DNA of 64,000 nt from a virus. The notes beneath the pieces were generated by a model. The model saw only the letters and a program-made list of their open reading frames with translations, had not been told where the DNA came from and searched no databases. Every line of letters begins with the position of its first letter. The stretch's first letter is position 1. This document shows, one piece after another, positions 19,526 through 29,808 of this stretch. The stretch is taken from the IMG/VR virus record IMGVR_UViG_3300025896_001356, positions 1 through 64,000 of that record; one strand, written 5' to 3'. Made by a program: the position numbers and the translations under genes.

Positions 19526-20215
19526 ATGCATGTAACCTTGAATAGCAACTTGGGCATGATAAAACAAACGGTTGAGCGTTTGTTTATAAAGGCAATTTTA
19601 ATTGCTTTAATTTTTATAGTTGTTTCTACAGCAGTATTTGATAGTCGACGTTTTGTTATGTCATTTGAGTTTGAAGATACTGAGATGGAAACAGTTAGTG
19701 AATGGGTAATTAAACAATTTAATCCAGGTAAAAAGGAAACATTAGAAGAACGCTTGCAGCGACTAATGCATTCCAATTTAGAATCAACTGGAGGCGTAAA
19801 GGCTGCATTAGCCGATAAGTCAGTTAAGTGTTTAGCAGAGAATGTTTATTACGAAAGCCGTGGCGAATCGCTACAAGGGCAAGTAGCAGTGGCCAATGTA
19901 ACTCTGACAAGATTACACGAAGGATATGCCCGTTCAATATGTGGTGTAGTAAAGCAACGTAATCCCAATGGGTGCCAGTTTGAATGGGTCTGTAGACCTA
20001 GTTTAACAGTGCCAACTGGAGTAGCATGGACCCAAGCAGTGGGAATTGCGCTAGTAGTATTAAATGAGGGCAAACGAGTTGAAGATCCAACTAACGGTGC
20101 AAGTCATTTTCATGCTACACATATTGATTGGCAACCAACCTGGCATCGGGTAAATAACTCAGTACGCCAAATTGGCAACCATATCTTTTATAGAGTAAAA
20201 CCACAGGGACAATAA
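19526..20215 (+). CDS. SleB-like cell wall hydrolase (Hydrolase_2) with N-terminal TM segment
   Basis: CLAENVYYESRGE..GQVAVA, CQFEW, DPTNGASHFH, IGNHIFY. Confidence 0.9.
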   Translation: MHVTLNSNLGMIKQTVERLFIKAILIALIFIVVSTAVFDSRRFVMSFEFEDTEMETVSEWVIKQFNPGKKETLEERLQRLMHSNLESTGGVKAALADKSVKCLAENVYYESRGESLQGQVAVANVTLTRLHEGYARSICGVVKQRNPNGCQFEWVCRPSLTVPTGVAWTQAVGIALVVLNEGKRVEDPTNGASHFHATHIDWQPTWHRVNNSVRQIGNHIFYRVKPQGQ

Positions 20216-20559
20216 TGAGAAAATTATACACAGCAAGATTGTTAGAAGTACGTAACACGGACACGTTAGACGTAGAACTAGATCTTGGCTTCAACGTATA
20301 CACCCGCCAAAAAATTAAACTATTTGGCGTGTCAAGCGCAGGCAAAGATTCAGATGTAAAGCTGGTACTGACCGAGCTTTGTAAGAATGGCTTTATAGTA
20401 GAACCTATTATAACCAAACGTGCAAAGCTAGGCCGTGTACTAGGATGGGCATACATTGCTGACGCCACTGGTGAACCTGGACTTAATCTTAATCAAGCAT
20501 TGGTTGAGCAAGGGCTTGCTACATCCTTCCAAGCTCCAGAAGAGGACGAGGAAGAATAA
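20215..20559 (+). CDS. thermonuclease (SNase)-fold protein with degenerate active site
   Basis: DTLDVELDLGF..KIKLFGV..LGRVLG..LNQALVEQGLA. Confidence 0.65.
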   Translation: MRKLYTARLLEVRNTDTLDVELDLGFNVYTRQKIKLFGVSSAGKDSDVKLVLTELCKNGFIVEPIITKRAKLGRVLGWAYIADATGEPGLNLNQALVEQGLATSFQAPEEDEEE

Positions 20560-21302
20560 TGTACGAAGAAGGACTAACAGCAAGAAAGATAGCAGAGTTT
20601 GACTCTGCTATTTTCAATGAGTACCGTGCCTGGGAAGCTGCATTTGATTGGAATCCAGCAGCTGAACCAAAAAGATATTTACGCAGTGATGGCACCCATT
20701 TAATTTACTTGCCAATAAATGCAATGCGTAATAATGATAAGGCTGGATTTAAATCTTTGACCAGGACTTATACCCCGGACATTCAACTGCTATGGGATAA
20801 TATATTAAAACGCCAATGCGAATATCTAGCAGAATTAACTGGCATTGCAGATCCTATTATTGTTCAAGCAGATATTGCACGTATGAAACCTGTCACAGGC
20901 GACACTGTGATGCATACAGACACTCGCTATAATCAACGCTACGCAAGACGTTACAACATCGCTATAAGCACTAATACTGATTGCTGGCTTTATCATCGCA
21001 ATTATGATTTAAATAATGGTGGTATGCGCGATCATATCAACGAAGGCGAAATGTGGGAGTTGAATAATAAAATTATACATACGGCTGTAAACTATGGTGA
21101 TACATGGCGAACACATTTGATCATTGACGTGATGCCACGAAACTATTACGATGCTATGTGTAAACTTTATAATCCTTATGCCAAAGTACCAAATATACAG
21201 AACAAAAATACAACCTACGATTATGATATCGACGGTAATTTAATACACGAGCCTTTATTTAAAGACTTACCACATTGCTTTCCAGCAAGGACACACTTAT
21301 AA
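20559..21302 (+). CDS. Asp/Asn beta-hydroxylase-like Fe(II)/2OG oxygenase
   Basis: MHTD...NNKIIHTAVN..RTHLIIDV. Confidence 0.75.
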   Translation: MYEEGLTARKIAEFDSAIFNEYRAWEAAFDWNPAAEPKRYLRSDGTHLIYLPINAMRNNDKAGFKSLTRTYTPDIQLLWDNILKRQCEYLAELTGIADPIIVQADIARMKPVTGDTVMHTDTRYNQRYARRYNIAISTNTDCWLYHRNYDLNNGGMRDHINEGEMWELNNKIIHTAVNYGDTWRTHLIIDVMPRNYYDAMCKLYNPYAKVPNIQNKNTTYDYDIDGNLIHEPLFKDLPHCFPARTHL

Positions 21303-22552
21303 TGAAAATTACACGCACAGATATAATTGTTGCTTACTTGGCGCTTATAAGCGGTCTAAGCATTAGCGCAGTTGCAGTATATTACAGCGTAGCAGGATTG
21401 GTTAGTATCTTCTCTGCTGCGGTGATTCCAATTATCGTTATGGGTGTTGCACTTGAAGTCAGTAAACTAATTGCCACAATGTGGTTAAAGTTAAACTGGA
21501 CTCGTGCCCCATTCTTTATTAAAACTTATATGACCGCTGCGGTAGCAGTACTAATGATTATTACCTCAATGGGTATCTTTGGCTTTCTAAGCAAAGCACA
21601 CAGTGATCAAAGTTTGGTAAGTGGAGATGTACAAAGTAAGATTGCAGTGTACGATGAAAAAATTAAAGTAGCCAGGGATAATATTGATGCAAACCGCAAA
21701 GCACTCAAACAAATGGATGAGGCTGTGGACCAAATTATGGGTCGAAGTTCGTCAGAAACGGGTGCGGACAAAGCAGTTGCGGTCCGTAAAGGGCAGGCCA
21801 AAGAACGCTCTAGATTACTTTCTGACATCACTGCCGAACAGAAAGCAATTACTAAACTTAGTGAAGAACGGGCACCCATCGCCGCAGAAGTGCGCAAGGT
21901 GGAAGCAGAAGTTGGTCCGATAAAATACATTGCAGCATTTATCTATGGTGATAACCCAGATGCCAATGTGCTAGAAAAAGCAGTGACATGGGTGATTATT
22001 ATCATTGTGTCTGTATTTGACCCTCTTGCAGTTATCTTGTTGTTGGCCAGTCAGTATAGCTTCCAATGGTTTAGAAAACCAGATGAGGATGAAATTGTTG
22101 TAGTCAATTCCCCAATTGTGGCTACTGTGCAGCCAGTTGACAACTACGTTGCAGATATACCGCCTGTGTATCCTGTTACAGAAGATGACCTTGAAGAAAT
22201 TGCAACTGCATTTAACGAAGCAAAAAAGAAAGTTCACGATGAGCCTGTTGTAGAACAAATCGTTTCTCACCAATATGATGTGCCGCAGGAACCCGAAGTG
22301 ACACTAATTACTCCTGCACCAACGTTTAATGAGTTAAGCGAAGAGGATATTACTCGCTTAGAAGCCAGCCGGGATTTAGATTTTGCGCCACCGGGAACAC
22401 CAGGAGAGGCTTGGACTGCACCAGTGCAAAACGAGCAGCAAGCCACTGATAATATTGATAAAATATATAAAGCAAGTTCAGAAGACTTGGCTAAACAAAT
22501 GCGTGGTCGTGGTTGGTTTCAAGCCACGTTCCCTAAAAAAGATAACACATAA
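21302..22552 (+). CDS. membrane-anchored coiled-coil protein with acidic/proline-rich tail
   Basis: Three N-terminal TM segments, long coiled coil, another TM (VFDPLAV), low-complexity C-terminus. Confidence 0.7.
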   Translation: MKITRTDIIVAYLALISGLSISAVAVYYSVAGLVSIFSAAVIPIIVMGVALEVSKLIATMWLKLNWTRAPFFIKTYMTAAVAVLMIITSMGIFGFLSKAHSDQSLVSGDVQSKIAVYDEKIKVARDNIDANRKALKQMDEAVDQIMGRSSSETGADKAVAVRKGQAKERSRLLSDITAEQKAITKLSEERAPIAAEVRKVEAEVGPIKYIAAFIYGDNPDANVLEKAVTWVIIIIVSVFDPLAVILLLASQYSFQWFRKPDEDEIVVVNSPIVATVQPVDNYVADIPPVYPVTEDDLEEIATAFNEAKKKVHDEPVVEQIVSHQYDVPQEPEVTLITPAPTFNELSEEDITRLEASRDLDFAPPGTPGEAWTAPVQNEQQATDNIDKIYKASSEDLAKQMRGRGWFQATFPKKDNT

Positions 22553-22563
22553 GAAAGACTATT

Positions 22564-22986
22564 TTGAGTGATTCAAACGTATACATTGTAAGCCCTCCAA
22601 CTTTATACATGCCAGCAGGCGGGTTGGCATTTTGCTTAATAAGTAATGATCCTACATGGCAAGATTCAATTATCAACTATTTAGAAGCAAACATTCAGAA
22701 TCAATTAACATTCTATGCAACTGAAACAAGCACCAAGGATCCTAAAGCATGGGTATGGTATTGGCATATAGTTGACAACTGCGGCATGATCTTTGTTGAT
22801 CTTTCGAGCAGTACAGAGCATGAAGTTAGAATGGCGATGGCAATGGCCAAATTGGATATGCCAGTTATCTTTCATGTTAGGCCTGGCAACGACGAGTTTG
22901 TGGCATTGCTTAATGCAGTAGATATTCCACACTTCGAAGATATGGAACATTTGGCAACGTTATTGGAGAACGGCCTTGGTGGATAA
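22564..22986 (+). CDS. hypothetical protein
   Basis: 140-aa ORF with TTG start, packed directly before clpX. Confidence 0.65.
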   Translation: MSDSNVYIVSPPTLYMPAGGLAFCLISNDPTWQDSIINYLEANIQNQLTFYATETSTKDPKAWVWYWHIVDNCGMIFVDLSSSTEHEVRMAMAMAKLDMPVIFHVRPGNDEFVALLNAVDIPHFEDMEHLATLLENGLGG

Positions 22987-24199
22987 AGTACAGTCGCTAA
23001 GTTGCAGTTTTTGCAACAAGCATAGAGACACTGTCCAGGCGCTTATCGCTGGAGAGAGTGCATACATTTGCAATGAGTGTATTCATTTATGTCTCGAAGC
23101 GTTATCTGAAACTCCTGCGCCAACATCGTTTGGGGAAAGCTCTACTCCATCACAAATTAAAGCGTACCTTGATAGATTTATCATTGGGCAAGATCTTGCC
23201 AAACGCAGTCTAAGCGTAGCAGTACGCAATCACTATAAACGTCTTGGCCAAGGCGAAACTGATCTTATTAAGAAGTCAAATGTATTGTTGATTGGACCAA
23301 CTGGTTCAGGCAAAACATTGCTTGCAAAGAAACTTGCAGAAATGCTGAACGTACCGTTTGCAATGGCTGATGCAACTACACTAACCGAAGCTGGTTATGT
23401 AGGTGATGACGTTGAAAGTGTCATCCATCGACTGTTACAAAGTGCAGGCGGAGACATTAAAAAAGCTGAGCAAGGTATTGTGTACATTGACGAGATAGAC
23501 AAGAAAGGTCGTAAGAGCGAAAGCTCAAGCATTACCCGTGACGTATCAGGTGAAGGTGTGCAGCAAGCATTGCTAAAGCTGATTGAAGGTACTGAATGTC
23601 GTGTTCCCCAAGGTGGCGGCCGTAAGCATCCAGGCACTGAAACTAATGTAGTAAACACAAAGAATATTTTGTTTATATTAGGTGGTGCGTTTGTAGGCCT
23701 TGACGAGCAAGTTAAAAAGCGTATGAGTGGCGGAGTACGTATTGGATTCGGTGCTGAAATTGGCCTAGCTGACGTTAAGACTGATCATTGGCTTGCAGAA
23801 GTCGAGCCAGAAGACTTTGTTAAGTTTGGTATGATTCCCGAGTTCATGGGACGTATCCCTGTCATTGCTGCACTTGATACATTAACCCCTGCTGACCTTG
23901 TCCGCATCATGTGCGAGCCAGATGACAGCATTGAAAAAGAATATAAAGCAATCTTTGCACTAGATAAAGTAGAGATTGAATTTACAGCAGATGCATGTAT
24001 CAGCATCGCTAACCTAAGCATAACTAAAAAGACTGGCGCACGTGGTATTCGCAACATAATTGAGCAAATTCTATTAGATATCCAGTTTAATCTGCCTGAA
24101 TTAGCAGCAGAAGGGTTAAGTAAAGTTATAATTACAGAACAGACTGTGGTGGACCACAATCCTGTTTTAATTTATAAAACAATAAAGAACGTTGCATAA
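22976..24199 (+). CDS. clpX: ATP-dependent Clp protease ATP-binding subunit ClpX
   Basis: CSFC..ICNEC zinc finger, [12 protein letters not shown] pore loop, DEIDK, RKH loop, IGF loop. Confidence 0.97.
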   Translation: MVDKVQSLSCSFCNKHRDTVQALIAGESAYICNECIHLCLEALSETPAPTSFGESSTPSQIKAYLDRFIIGQDLAKRSLSVAVRNHYKRLGQGETDLIKKSNVLLIGPTGSGKTLLAKKLAEMLNVPFAMADATTLTEAGYVGDDVESVIHRLLQSAGGDIKKAEQGIVYIDEIDKKGRKSESSSITRDVSGEGVQQALLKLIEGTECRVPQGGGRKHPGTETNVVNTKNILFILGGAFVGLDEQVKKRMSGGVRIGFGAEIGLADVKTDHWLAEVEPEDFVKFGMIPEFMGRIPVIAALDTLTPADLVRIMCEPDDSIEKEYKAIFALDKVEIEFTADACISIANLSITKKTGARGIRNIIEQILLDIQFNLPELAAEGLSKVIITEQTVVDHNPVLIYKTIKNVA

Positions 24200-24200
24200 T

Positions 24201-24470
24201 ATGAGCATGGATAAGAGACGCCCAATAAAGGGTACTACAGTAATCGTCAGAGATGATCAAGTTGAAAAGGCATTGCGTAAGTTTAAAAAGAAGATTCAAG
24301 ATAGCGGCAAGCTAGAAGAAATTAAAGAACGTGAGTCTTATGAAAAGCCAACTACATCAAGACGCCTTGCTAAAAACAAAGCAGTTCGTCGTCAACAAAA
24401 ACAAGTTGAGACTGATGAACGCGATGGCAAACGCGCACCTCGCGATGGTAAATTAAAGCGGATGTATTGA
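24201..24470 (+). CDS. rpsU: 30S ribosomal protein bS21
   Basis: VIVRDDQVEKALRKFKKK..G.LEEIKERESYEKPTTSR. Confidence 0.9.
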   Translation: MSMDKRRPIKGTTVIVRDDQVEKALRKFKKKIQDSGKLEEIKERESYEKPTTSRRLAKNKAVRRQQKQVETDERDGKRAPRDGKLKRMY

Positions 24471-24472
24471 AC

Positions 24473-24501
24473 TTGACAATTTGTTAGAACATAACTATAA
24501 T
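24473..24501 (+). promoter_or_regulatory. sigma70-type promoter for hsp20
   Basis: TTGACA-17 nt-TATAAT. Confidence 0.85.
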
Positions 24502-24507
24502 AGTACA

Positions 24508-24591
24508 TGTTAGTGCCAACAGGACTAACAACGTATATGCAAGGCTTGCGATGAGCTTGCTATTAAACTCGCTTATTAAGGAGACTTTATG
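24508..24591 (+). promoter_or_regulatory. ROSE-like RNA thermometer in the hsp20 5' UTR
   Basis: Three hairpins. The last is CUCGCUU-AUU-AAGGAG, where UCGCU with a bulged G pairs with the SD. Confidence 0.65.
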
Positions 24592-25035
24592 ACTAATATG
24601 ACAATGGGCCACGCAGCCTTTCACCCCTACCATAAGATTGGTGTTGGCTTTGATCGAATGTTCCATGAACTAGATCGACTAATGCAAGTTGGCACCAACA
24701 CCGCCAATGGTGGGTATCCCCCTTTTAATCTTGAAAAAACTGGTGATGCACAGTATCGTATTACCATGGCAGTTGCTGGCTTTACTGACGATGAGATTGA
24801 GCTTTTACAAAAAGAAAACATTCTGACTGTGATAGGAGCCAAGATTACAACTGTTGACGAATCTACTTTCTTACACCGCGGTATTGCCAATCGTAGCTTT
24901 AAGCGTGAGTTCGTACTTGCTGATCAAATTGAAGTTATCACAGCAGTGCTCAAGGACGGTATGCTGGTGATTGAACTAAAACAACTTGTTGTTGAAGAAC
25001 ATAAGCCAAAGAAAATCCCATTGGCAAAGGGTTAA
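24589..25035 (+). CDS. small heat shock protein (Hsp20/IbpA family)
   Basis: IGVGFDRMF, YPPFNLEK, MAVAGF, FLHRGIANRSFKREF, LKDGMLVIEL. Confidence 0.95.
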   Translation: MTNMTMGHAAFHPYHKIGVGFDRMFHELDRLMQVGTNTANGGYPPFNLEKTGDAQYRITMAVAGFTDDEIELLQKENILTVIGAKITTVDESTFLHRGIANRSFKREFVLADQIEVITAVLKDGMLVIELKQLVVEEHKPKKIPLAKG

Positions 25036-25095
25036 CTTAACAAGCCAGGATAACCTGTCCTGGCTAAATATCTTACATAACACGGATAGATTAAC

Positions 25096-25401
25096 ATGTC
25101 AGAAACTGCAATTCAAACAATCAACAAAACAGACCTTAATGTCAAAGAACCTGAACGATACAAAGTTGTTATTTTAAATGACAACTCAACCCCAATGGAA
25201 TTTGTAATCGAATTGCTCAAACTTATTTTCCACCTGAATCAGGAAGCAGCAGTTGCAGTTATGCTTCAAGTTCACCAACTTGGCAAGGGTACCGCAGGAA
25301 TTTATACATATGAAGTTGCTGAACAAAAAGCAATGGAGTCCACGCAAATTGCACGTACAAATGGACACCCCTTAGGAGTGTCTGTTGAACTTGCCGGATG
25401 A
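25096..25401 (+). CDS. clpS: ATP-dependent Clp protease adaptor ClpS
   Basis: YKVVILNDNSTPMEFV..MLQVH..G.GTAGIYTYEVAEQK. Confidence 0.95.
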   Translation: MSETAIQTINKTDLNVKEPERYKVVILNDNSTPMEFVIELLKLIFHLNQEAAVAVMLQVHQLGKGTAGIYTYEVAEQKAMESTQIARTNGHPLGVSVELAG

Positions 25402-26008
25402 TCCAGAGTTAGAAAACTTATTAATCATCGATATCGATGATGTATGTTTAGATACACTTACTGGATTTGTTAAGTGGTTGTCTAAGCATAATAGATTACA
25501 TAACATAGCAGGCAATGCCATAACTTCCCGCGAAGTTCTTGGCACTTGGTTAAACGTCCCCGACGAACTTGCAAATCATTGGATGAAAGATTTCAGTGAA
25601 CGTTCATGGGAATGGGGTGCATTATATCCCATGATGGATTCTAGACCTGTAATTAATGAGTTATATAAAGAAGGTTGGAATCTAATTGCAGTATGCCGTG
25701 GCTCTACTGATTTGAGTCGTGCTACATTACGCAGAGCAAATTTGGAACTAGTATTCCCTGGACTGTTTGATGATGTGTATGTGTTAGGTTTACATGCAAA
25801 CCTGCACTCAATGTTAAAAAATTACCAAAATGCAATATGTGTCACATCAACTGAATTAGTTGCAGCGGCCAGCGCACAAGCCGGTCATATCACATATCTA
25901 TTAGATCAACCTTGGAATAGAACATTTAATAATATGTCAGCTCGACGATTTAATGATTGGGCAGGAATTAAAGAAGCACTGGATAAAATACGTCAAGATT
26001 TCACATAA
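25385..26008 (+). CDS. HAD-superfamily 5'(3')-nucleotidase-like protein
   Basis: IIDIDDVCLD (DxD), LLDQPWN, DWAGI. Resembles 51965..52540. Confidence 0.6.
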   Translation: MNLPDDPELENLLIIDIDDVCLDTLTGFVKWLSKHNRLHNIAGNAITSREVLGTWLNVPDELANHWMKDFSERSWEWGALYPMMDSRPVINELYKEGWNLIAVCRGSTDLSRATLRRANLELVFPGLFDDVYVLGLHANLHSMLKNYQNAICVTSTELVAAASAQAGHITYLLDQPWNRTFNNMSARRFNDWAGIKEALDKIRQDFT

Positions 26009-26015
26009 GTATTTG

Positions 26016-26999
26016 ATGCAAAAACTAAATCAAAAACGTGTTTTATGGGCCGAGGTAGATAAAGAAACACTTCGGTTGACTGGAAAAACACAATCGCTTC
26101 ACATAGCACAGCCAATCTTAACAAGTGATTGGGTACAGTTAAACCAATCAAACGCTGTTATGCTAATGAACGGTACAAAGCCGTGGCAACACTTTGCCTG
26201 TGTTAACGGTCATGTGGTTGAAGTGGGTCCGGATATTGACCTTAACTTCTTAACACACATTAGCCCAACTGCTTGGCCTGAAATCACAACAATTGATCAT
26301 ACATGGACTAACATCCCTTGGGTACCACTAGACATTCCGCGCATTGAACCTGATGACTGGGATTTATTTTGGAAGCTCTGGAATGAAAAGAATGCTAACA
26401 TTACCAGGGCAGATACTACAGAAACGCAATACTGGAAGGGCTTATGCTGCTGGTTAAATCCTGTCATTGACTCGTCTAAGTTTAACTATAGCAATACAGT
26501 GGTTGAAGATTGGAGTATGCATTTTCCCAAGATGTTTGAACAAATACGTGCATGTTTGCCGTTTATGTTTGTAGAGAAGATTGTGCTATGGTCAAACATT
26601 AATCAAGTAAATCCGCACTTTGATCCAGATGTTGTTATCTACCCGTTTCCAGATAGCCTACGTATTATGCTATGGGATACAAATGACAAGCCAACGTTCT
26701 ATATGAACAAATGGCCAAAGCGTACAGAGGATTTTAATCCTGCTCCGGTGACTGTGCGCACCAATGGAACTGGTTATGGTATTAAACCAGAACGTGTACC
26801 ACACGAAGATAGAATGTATGTAGACTTGCCACAAGATACAAATACGTTTGTATTCAATAATGGTGCATTCTTACATGGTGCTGATCTTGCCAAGCCAAAG
26901 ATTATTATGGCTGTTAAAGGTCGCCCGAACATTTATAAATGGCTCAAAGCATTAGAAGCCAGTTACAACAAATACAAGGATATCATTCCAAAATGCTAA
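26016..26999 (+). CDS. Fe(II)/2OG-type oxygenase-like (cupin/DSBH) protein
   Basis: PHFD...FVFNNGAFLHGA. Start moved to MQKLNQ, just after a TAAGTA motif. Confidence 0.6.
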   Translation: MQKLNQKRVLWAEVDKETLRLTGKTQSLHIAQPILTSDWVQLNQSNAVMLMNGTKPWQHFACVNGHVVEVGPDIDLNFLTHISPTAWPEITTIDHTWTNIPWVPLDIPRIEPDDWDLFWKLWNEKNANITRADTTETQYWKGLCCWLNPVIDSSKFNYSNTVVEDWSMHFPKMFEQIRACLPFMFVEKIVLWSNINQVNPHFDPDVVIYPFPDSLRIMLWDTNDKPTFYMNKWPKRTEDFNPAPVTVRTNGTGYGIKPERVPHEDRMYVDLPQDTNTFVFNNGAFLHGADLAKPKIIMAVKGRPNIYKWLKALEASYNKYKDIIPKC

Positions 27000-27898
27000 C
27001 ATTTAACAGACATACTTTACCAGGTGACTCACCTGTGTCCGGCGCCTTGCAGCAACGTGCTCCTTTTAAGGACAGCCGTGTTAGTGCAGTTAACACTGCG
27101 CCCTTATTGAAATTAGAAATGCGAGAGGTTGATTTATCACGCTTGTTACATGATACTCAGCAATCAATGGAAATACACGGCCAATGGAATTATAGACTTG
27201 GAAAAGATAACAATGAGCAAGCCAGGGTAGATTTAGGTTATGGTGGATTGGGGTTGACATATAATCCTACCCACCACGAACTGATTGACTCCGACATCCA
27301 TCAACAAGTTCAAGGCAATGCAAATCCGGCAAAGGGTCTTGCAAATCCATTTAGTGTGCTAAGTGGAGATACTAGACGCACCTATGCAACACGCAATTCT
27401 CATTATGATACGTATGGCCTAAGCTACCGTACTCCAGCAAGTAAACATGGATACCTTGGAGAATTCTTAGACACATGTAAACGAACCATGGTTCGTTCTG
27501 CTGTTAGAATTATATACGCAGACCAAGAAGGACCAGTTGGTGAAGGGAAGTATGCGGGGGTAACTTGGCACAGAGATGAAAGTATGTTTGAAAACTTACG
27601 TGTCAATATTCCGTTGATAACAGACCCAATTTTTCTATTAGAACAAGAGGGTTACCCACCAGAACACTTGCCAGTGGGTTATGCATATAGCTGGGACACT
27701 CATGTGTTGCATCGTGCGTATGCAACAGAAAAGGCCAACAAGCATAGAATACATTTAATGCTTGGGTTCAGCTGCTGGTGGGACTTTGACGAAGTCACAG
27801 GCAATTGGAGCCAGAATGAGTTCTTTGGTAAAAAGCATCCAAAAGATATGTTAGTAGACGGCGATGTTATTCCTGGACTAAAACTTCAATTAACATAG
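26993..27898 (+). CDS. Fe(II)/2OG-type oxygenase-like protein
   Basis: WHRDE..LRVNIPL..WDTHVLHRA..RIHLMLG. Confidence 0.7.
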   Translation: MLTFNRHTLPGDSPVSGALQQRAPFKDSRVSAVNTAPLLKLEMREVDLSRLLHDTQQSMEIHGQWNYRLGKDNNEQARVDLGYGGLGLTYNPTHHELIDSDIHQQVQGNANPAKGLANPFSVLSGDTRRTYATRNSHYDTYGLSYRTPASKHGYLGEFLDTCKRTMVRSAVRIIYADQEGPVGEGKYAGVTWHRDESMFENLRVNIPLITDPIFLLEQEGYPPEHLPVGYAYSWDTHVLHRAYATEKANKHRIHLMLGFSCWWDFDEVTGNWSQNEFFGKKHPKDMLVDGDVIPGLKLQLT

Positions 27899-27988
27899 CA
27901 CAGAATGCGTAGCAGGTAGGTAGTTTAAGTTTTACAACTACTTACTAAGTATTAATACTCGTTAACGGGTTACACAGAGGTTTCCAAA

Positions 27989-28405
27989 GTGTCAAAAATA
28001 CAACTGCACCGCCTAGTTGAAACAGCAGCCCAGCAAAGCCGGAATACACCGCTGGTTGTTACCAAAGAAATGGTAGAAACTATATACACTGCGGTAAACA
28101 ACGCAGTGTTCAATGGCATTCTTGTAAGACCAAAACTCATAGTACGTGATTACAGCCATCGACATATCTGGGGAGAGTGCGAAGGTTGGCAACGTGGCAG
28201 TCGGTGGGGCGAACATTATACTGTTGTTATTCGTATACAAAAATATTTCCCAAATCTAAAAAAATTAATTGCAGTTGTTGCACATGAAATGGTGCACCAA
28301 TGGGAATGGGACAAATGCGGAGTAATGACGCACGGTAAGCAAACATTCTTTGTATGGGAAGATAGGCTTCGCAGTAAAGGGATTCGACTCGCAGCAGTGG
28401 GGTAA
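27989..28405 (+). CDS. SprT-like zinc metalloprotease
   Basis: VNNAVFNG.L..P, VAHEMVHQW, THGKQTF. Confidence 0.85.
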   Translation: MSKIQLHRLVETAAQQSRNTPLVVTKEMVETIYTAVNNAVFNGILVRPKLIVRDYSHRHIWGECEGWQRGSRWGEHYTVVIRIQKYFPNLKKLIAVVAHEMVHQWEWDKCGVMTHGKQTFFVWEDRLRSKGIRLAAVG

Positions 28406-28422
28406 TGTAGATAACTATCTAC

Positions 28423-29169
28423 ATGAGCACATTCAATCAACATAATCCCAATGCAGTTGTAGGCGCTGGTGTCAGTGGCAGTCGCCAAGGGTTAGGCGGT
28501 ATGACCCCAATGTTATTAGCAGCAGAAATGGCACTTAGTCAAATTGGAAACTTTGAACCACTTGATTATAAACTAGATACCCATGGTATCGAGAATGTTA
28601 TTGCTGAAAAATATAGCAACGATTGGGTGGACTATTTGCCGCGAACCGATCGCCCTAATAATCGTAAGTCAATGACACTTACAACAATTCCAGGTTGGGA
28701 TCATCGTAAGGCACCAAGTATTCCTGAAGCAGCAAATGCACTAGGATACACACCTAAAGAAACAGAATTCTGTGTGCCAACTACATTATACACTGATTGC
28801 AATCGCACCAGTCCTGGATTAACTAGTCTTAAAGATTTTCTAGATGAATGGCAACCACTTGGACGTTCATTCATCATTAATAGTGGCATTGGTGGATATT
28901 TTGTCCCTCATAGAGATCACCCAGGAATGCCGCGCCCGTGCTTTAGACTTGTGGCATTCTTAAAGAACTGTGGCCCGTACGAGTATGATTGGCTAATGGA
29001 TAATCACAATAAAGCAAATATAGAAATAGGACGAGTATATTACGTTAATACACGTTTGACTCATCGCACAATTAGCTGGACACCTGACAGTTGGCACTTA
29101 GTTTTGAATGTGCCGTTTACAACAGAGAATGTAGACAAGGTATTAAAGCACTTACAACATAGGCATTAA
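28423..29169 (+). CDS. Asp/Asn beta-hydroxylase-like Fe(II)/2OG oxygenase
   Basis: GGYFVPHRD..YYVNTRLTHRT..HLVLNV. Confidence 0.7.
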   Translation: MSTFNQHNPNAVVGAGVSGSRQGLGGMTPMLLAAEMALSQIGNFEPLDYKLDTHGIENVIAEKYSNDWVDYLPRTDRPNNRKSMTLTTIPGWDHRKAPSIPEAANALGYTPKETEFCVPTTLYTDCNRTSPGLTSLKDFLDEWQPLGRSFIINSGIGGYFVPHRDHPGMPRPCFRLVAFLKNCGPYEYDWLMDNHNKANIEIGRVYYVNTRLTHRTISWTPDSWHLVLNVPFTTENVDKVLKHLQHRH

Positions 29170-29808
29170 ATGATAGCATACACAGGTCCCGAGAACGATA
29201 AGCGTAAGATTGAAATTAAGTTCCCAGACGGAAAGAAACGTATCGGAGTGATGCTAAGTGGTGGTGCAGATTCTGCTATCTTACTTTATTTGCTGGCGTT
29301 GGAACGTAAGATGGAATGCAGTGATCAAGAACTAATTCTGTTTACTGTGGCGCGGGCTGATGGCGCCTGGAATTACGTCAAACCAATTGTAGATAAAATC
29401 AATACTATGCTAGGCATTATCCTGCCAGATCCAATACAAGTTGGCGATCCAACGCTACACCATAGCAAGCAAGGTCGCAGTGGAGAGATTGAGGCGCGAG
29501 CACAGCATGGCATCGAACATTTTTTCTATGGTAGTCAGCAGCACCCACCAAAGGAGATGATTGAGTTGCCTGGCATCTATCCTAATCGACCCGACTCTGT
29601 TGAATTACCCGGCACTACTATTCCATTTGCATTAGTCGATAAGCGGCATACACTTGGGTTATATGAAGTCTTTCAAGTATGGTCTTTGATCGAGCTTACT
29701 CATTCATGTACAGCACAAACCGTAGGCCGTTGTATGGAATGTTATAACTGTAAGGAACGTGAATGGGCGTTAGACGAATTAGGTATCAGTGACCCCGGGG
29801 CGATGTAA
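29170..29808 (+). CDS. QueC-like PP-loop ATPase (adenine nucleotide alpha-hydrolase)
   Basis: VMLSGGADSAIL; DKRH; THSC..GRCMECYNCKER zinc site. Confidence 0.75.
   Translation: MIAYTGPENDKRKIEIKFPDGKKRIGVMLSGGADSAILLYLLALERKMECSDQELILFTVARADGAWNYVKPIVDKINTMLGIILPDPIQVGDPTLHHSKQGRSGEIEARAQHGIEHFFYGSQQHPPKEMIELPGIYPNRPDSVELPGTTIPFALVDKRHTLGLYEVFQVWSLIELTHSCTAQTVGRCMECYNCKEREWALDELGISDPGAM

Noticed and set aside
25043-25065. Hairpin AGCCAGGA-taacctg-TCCTGGCT after hsp20 as an intrinsic terminator
   Set aside because: The stem is real but has no U-tract. It may be a stabilising or processing hairpin abutting the TAAATA motif, so it was not called a terminator.
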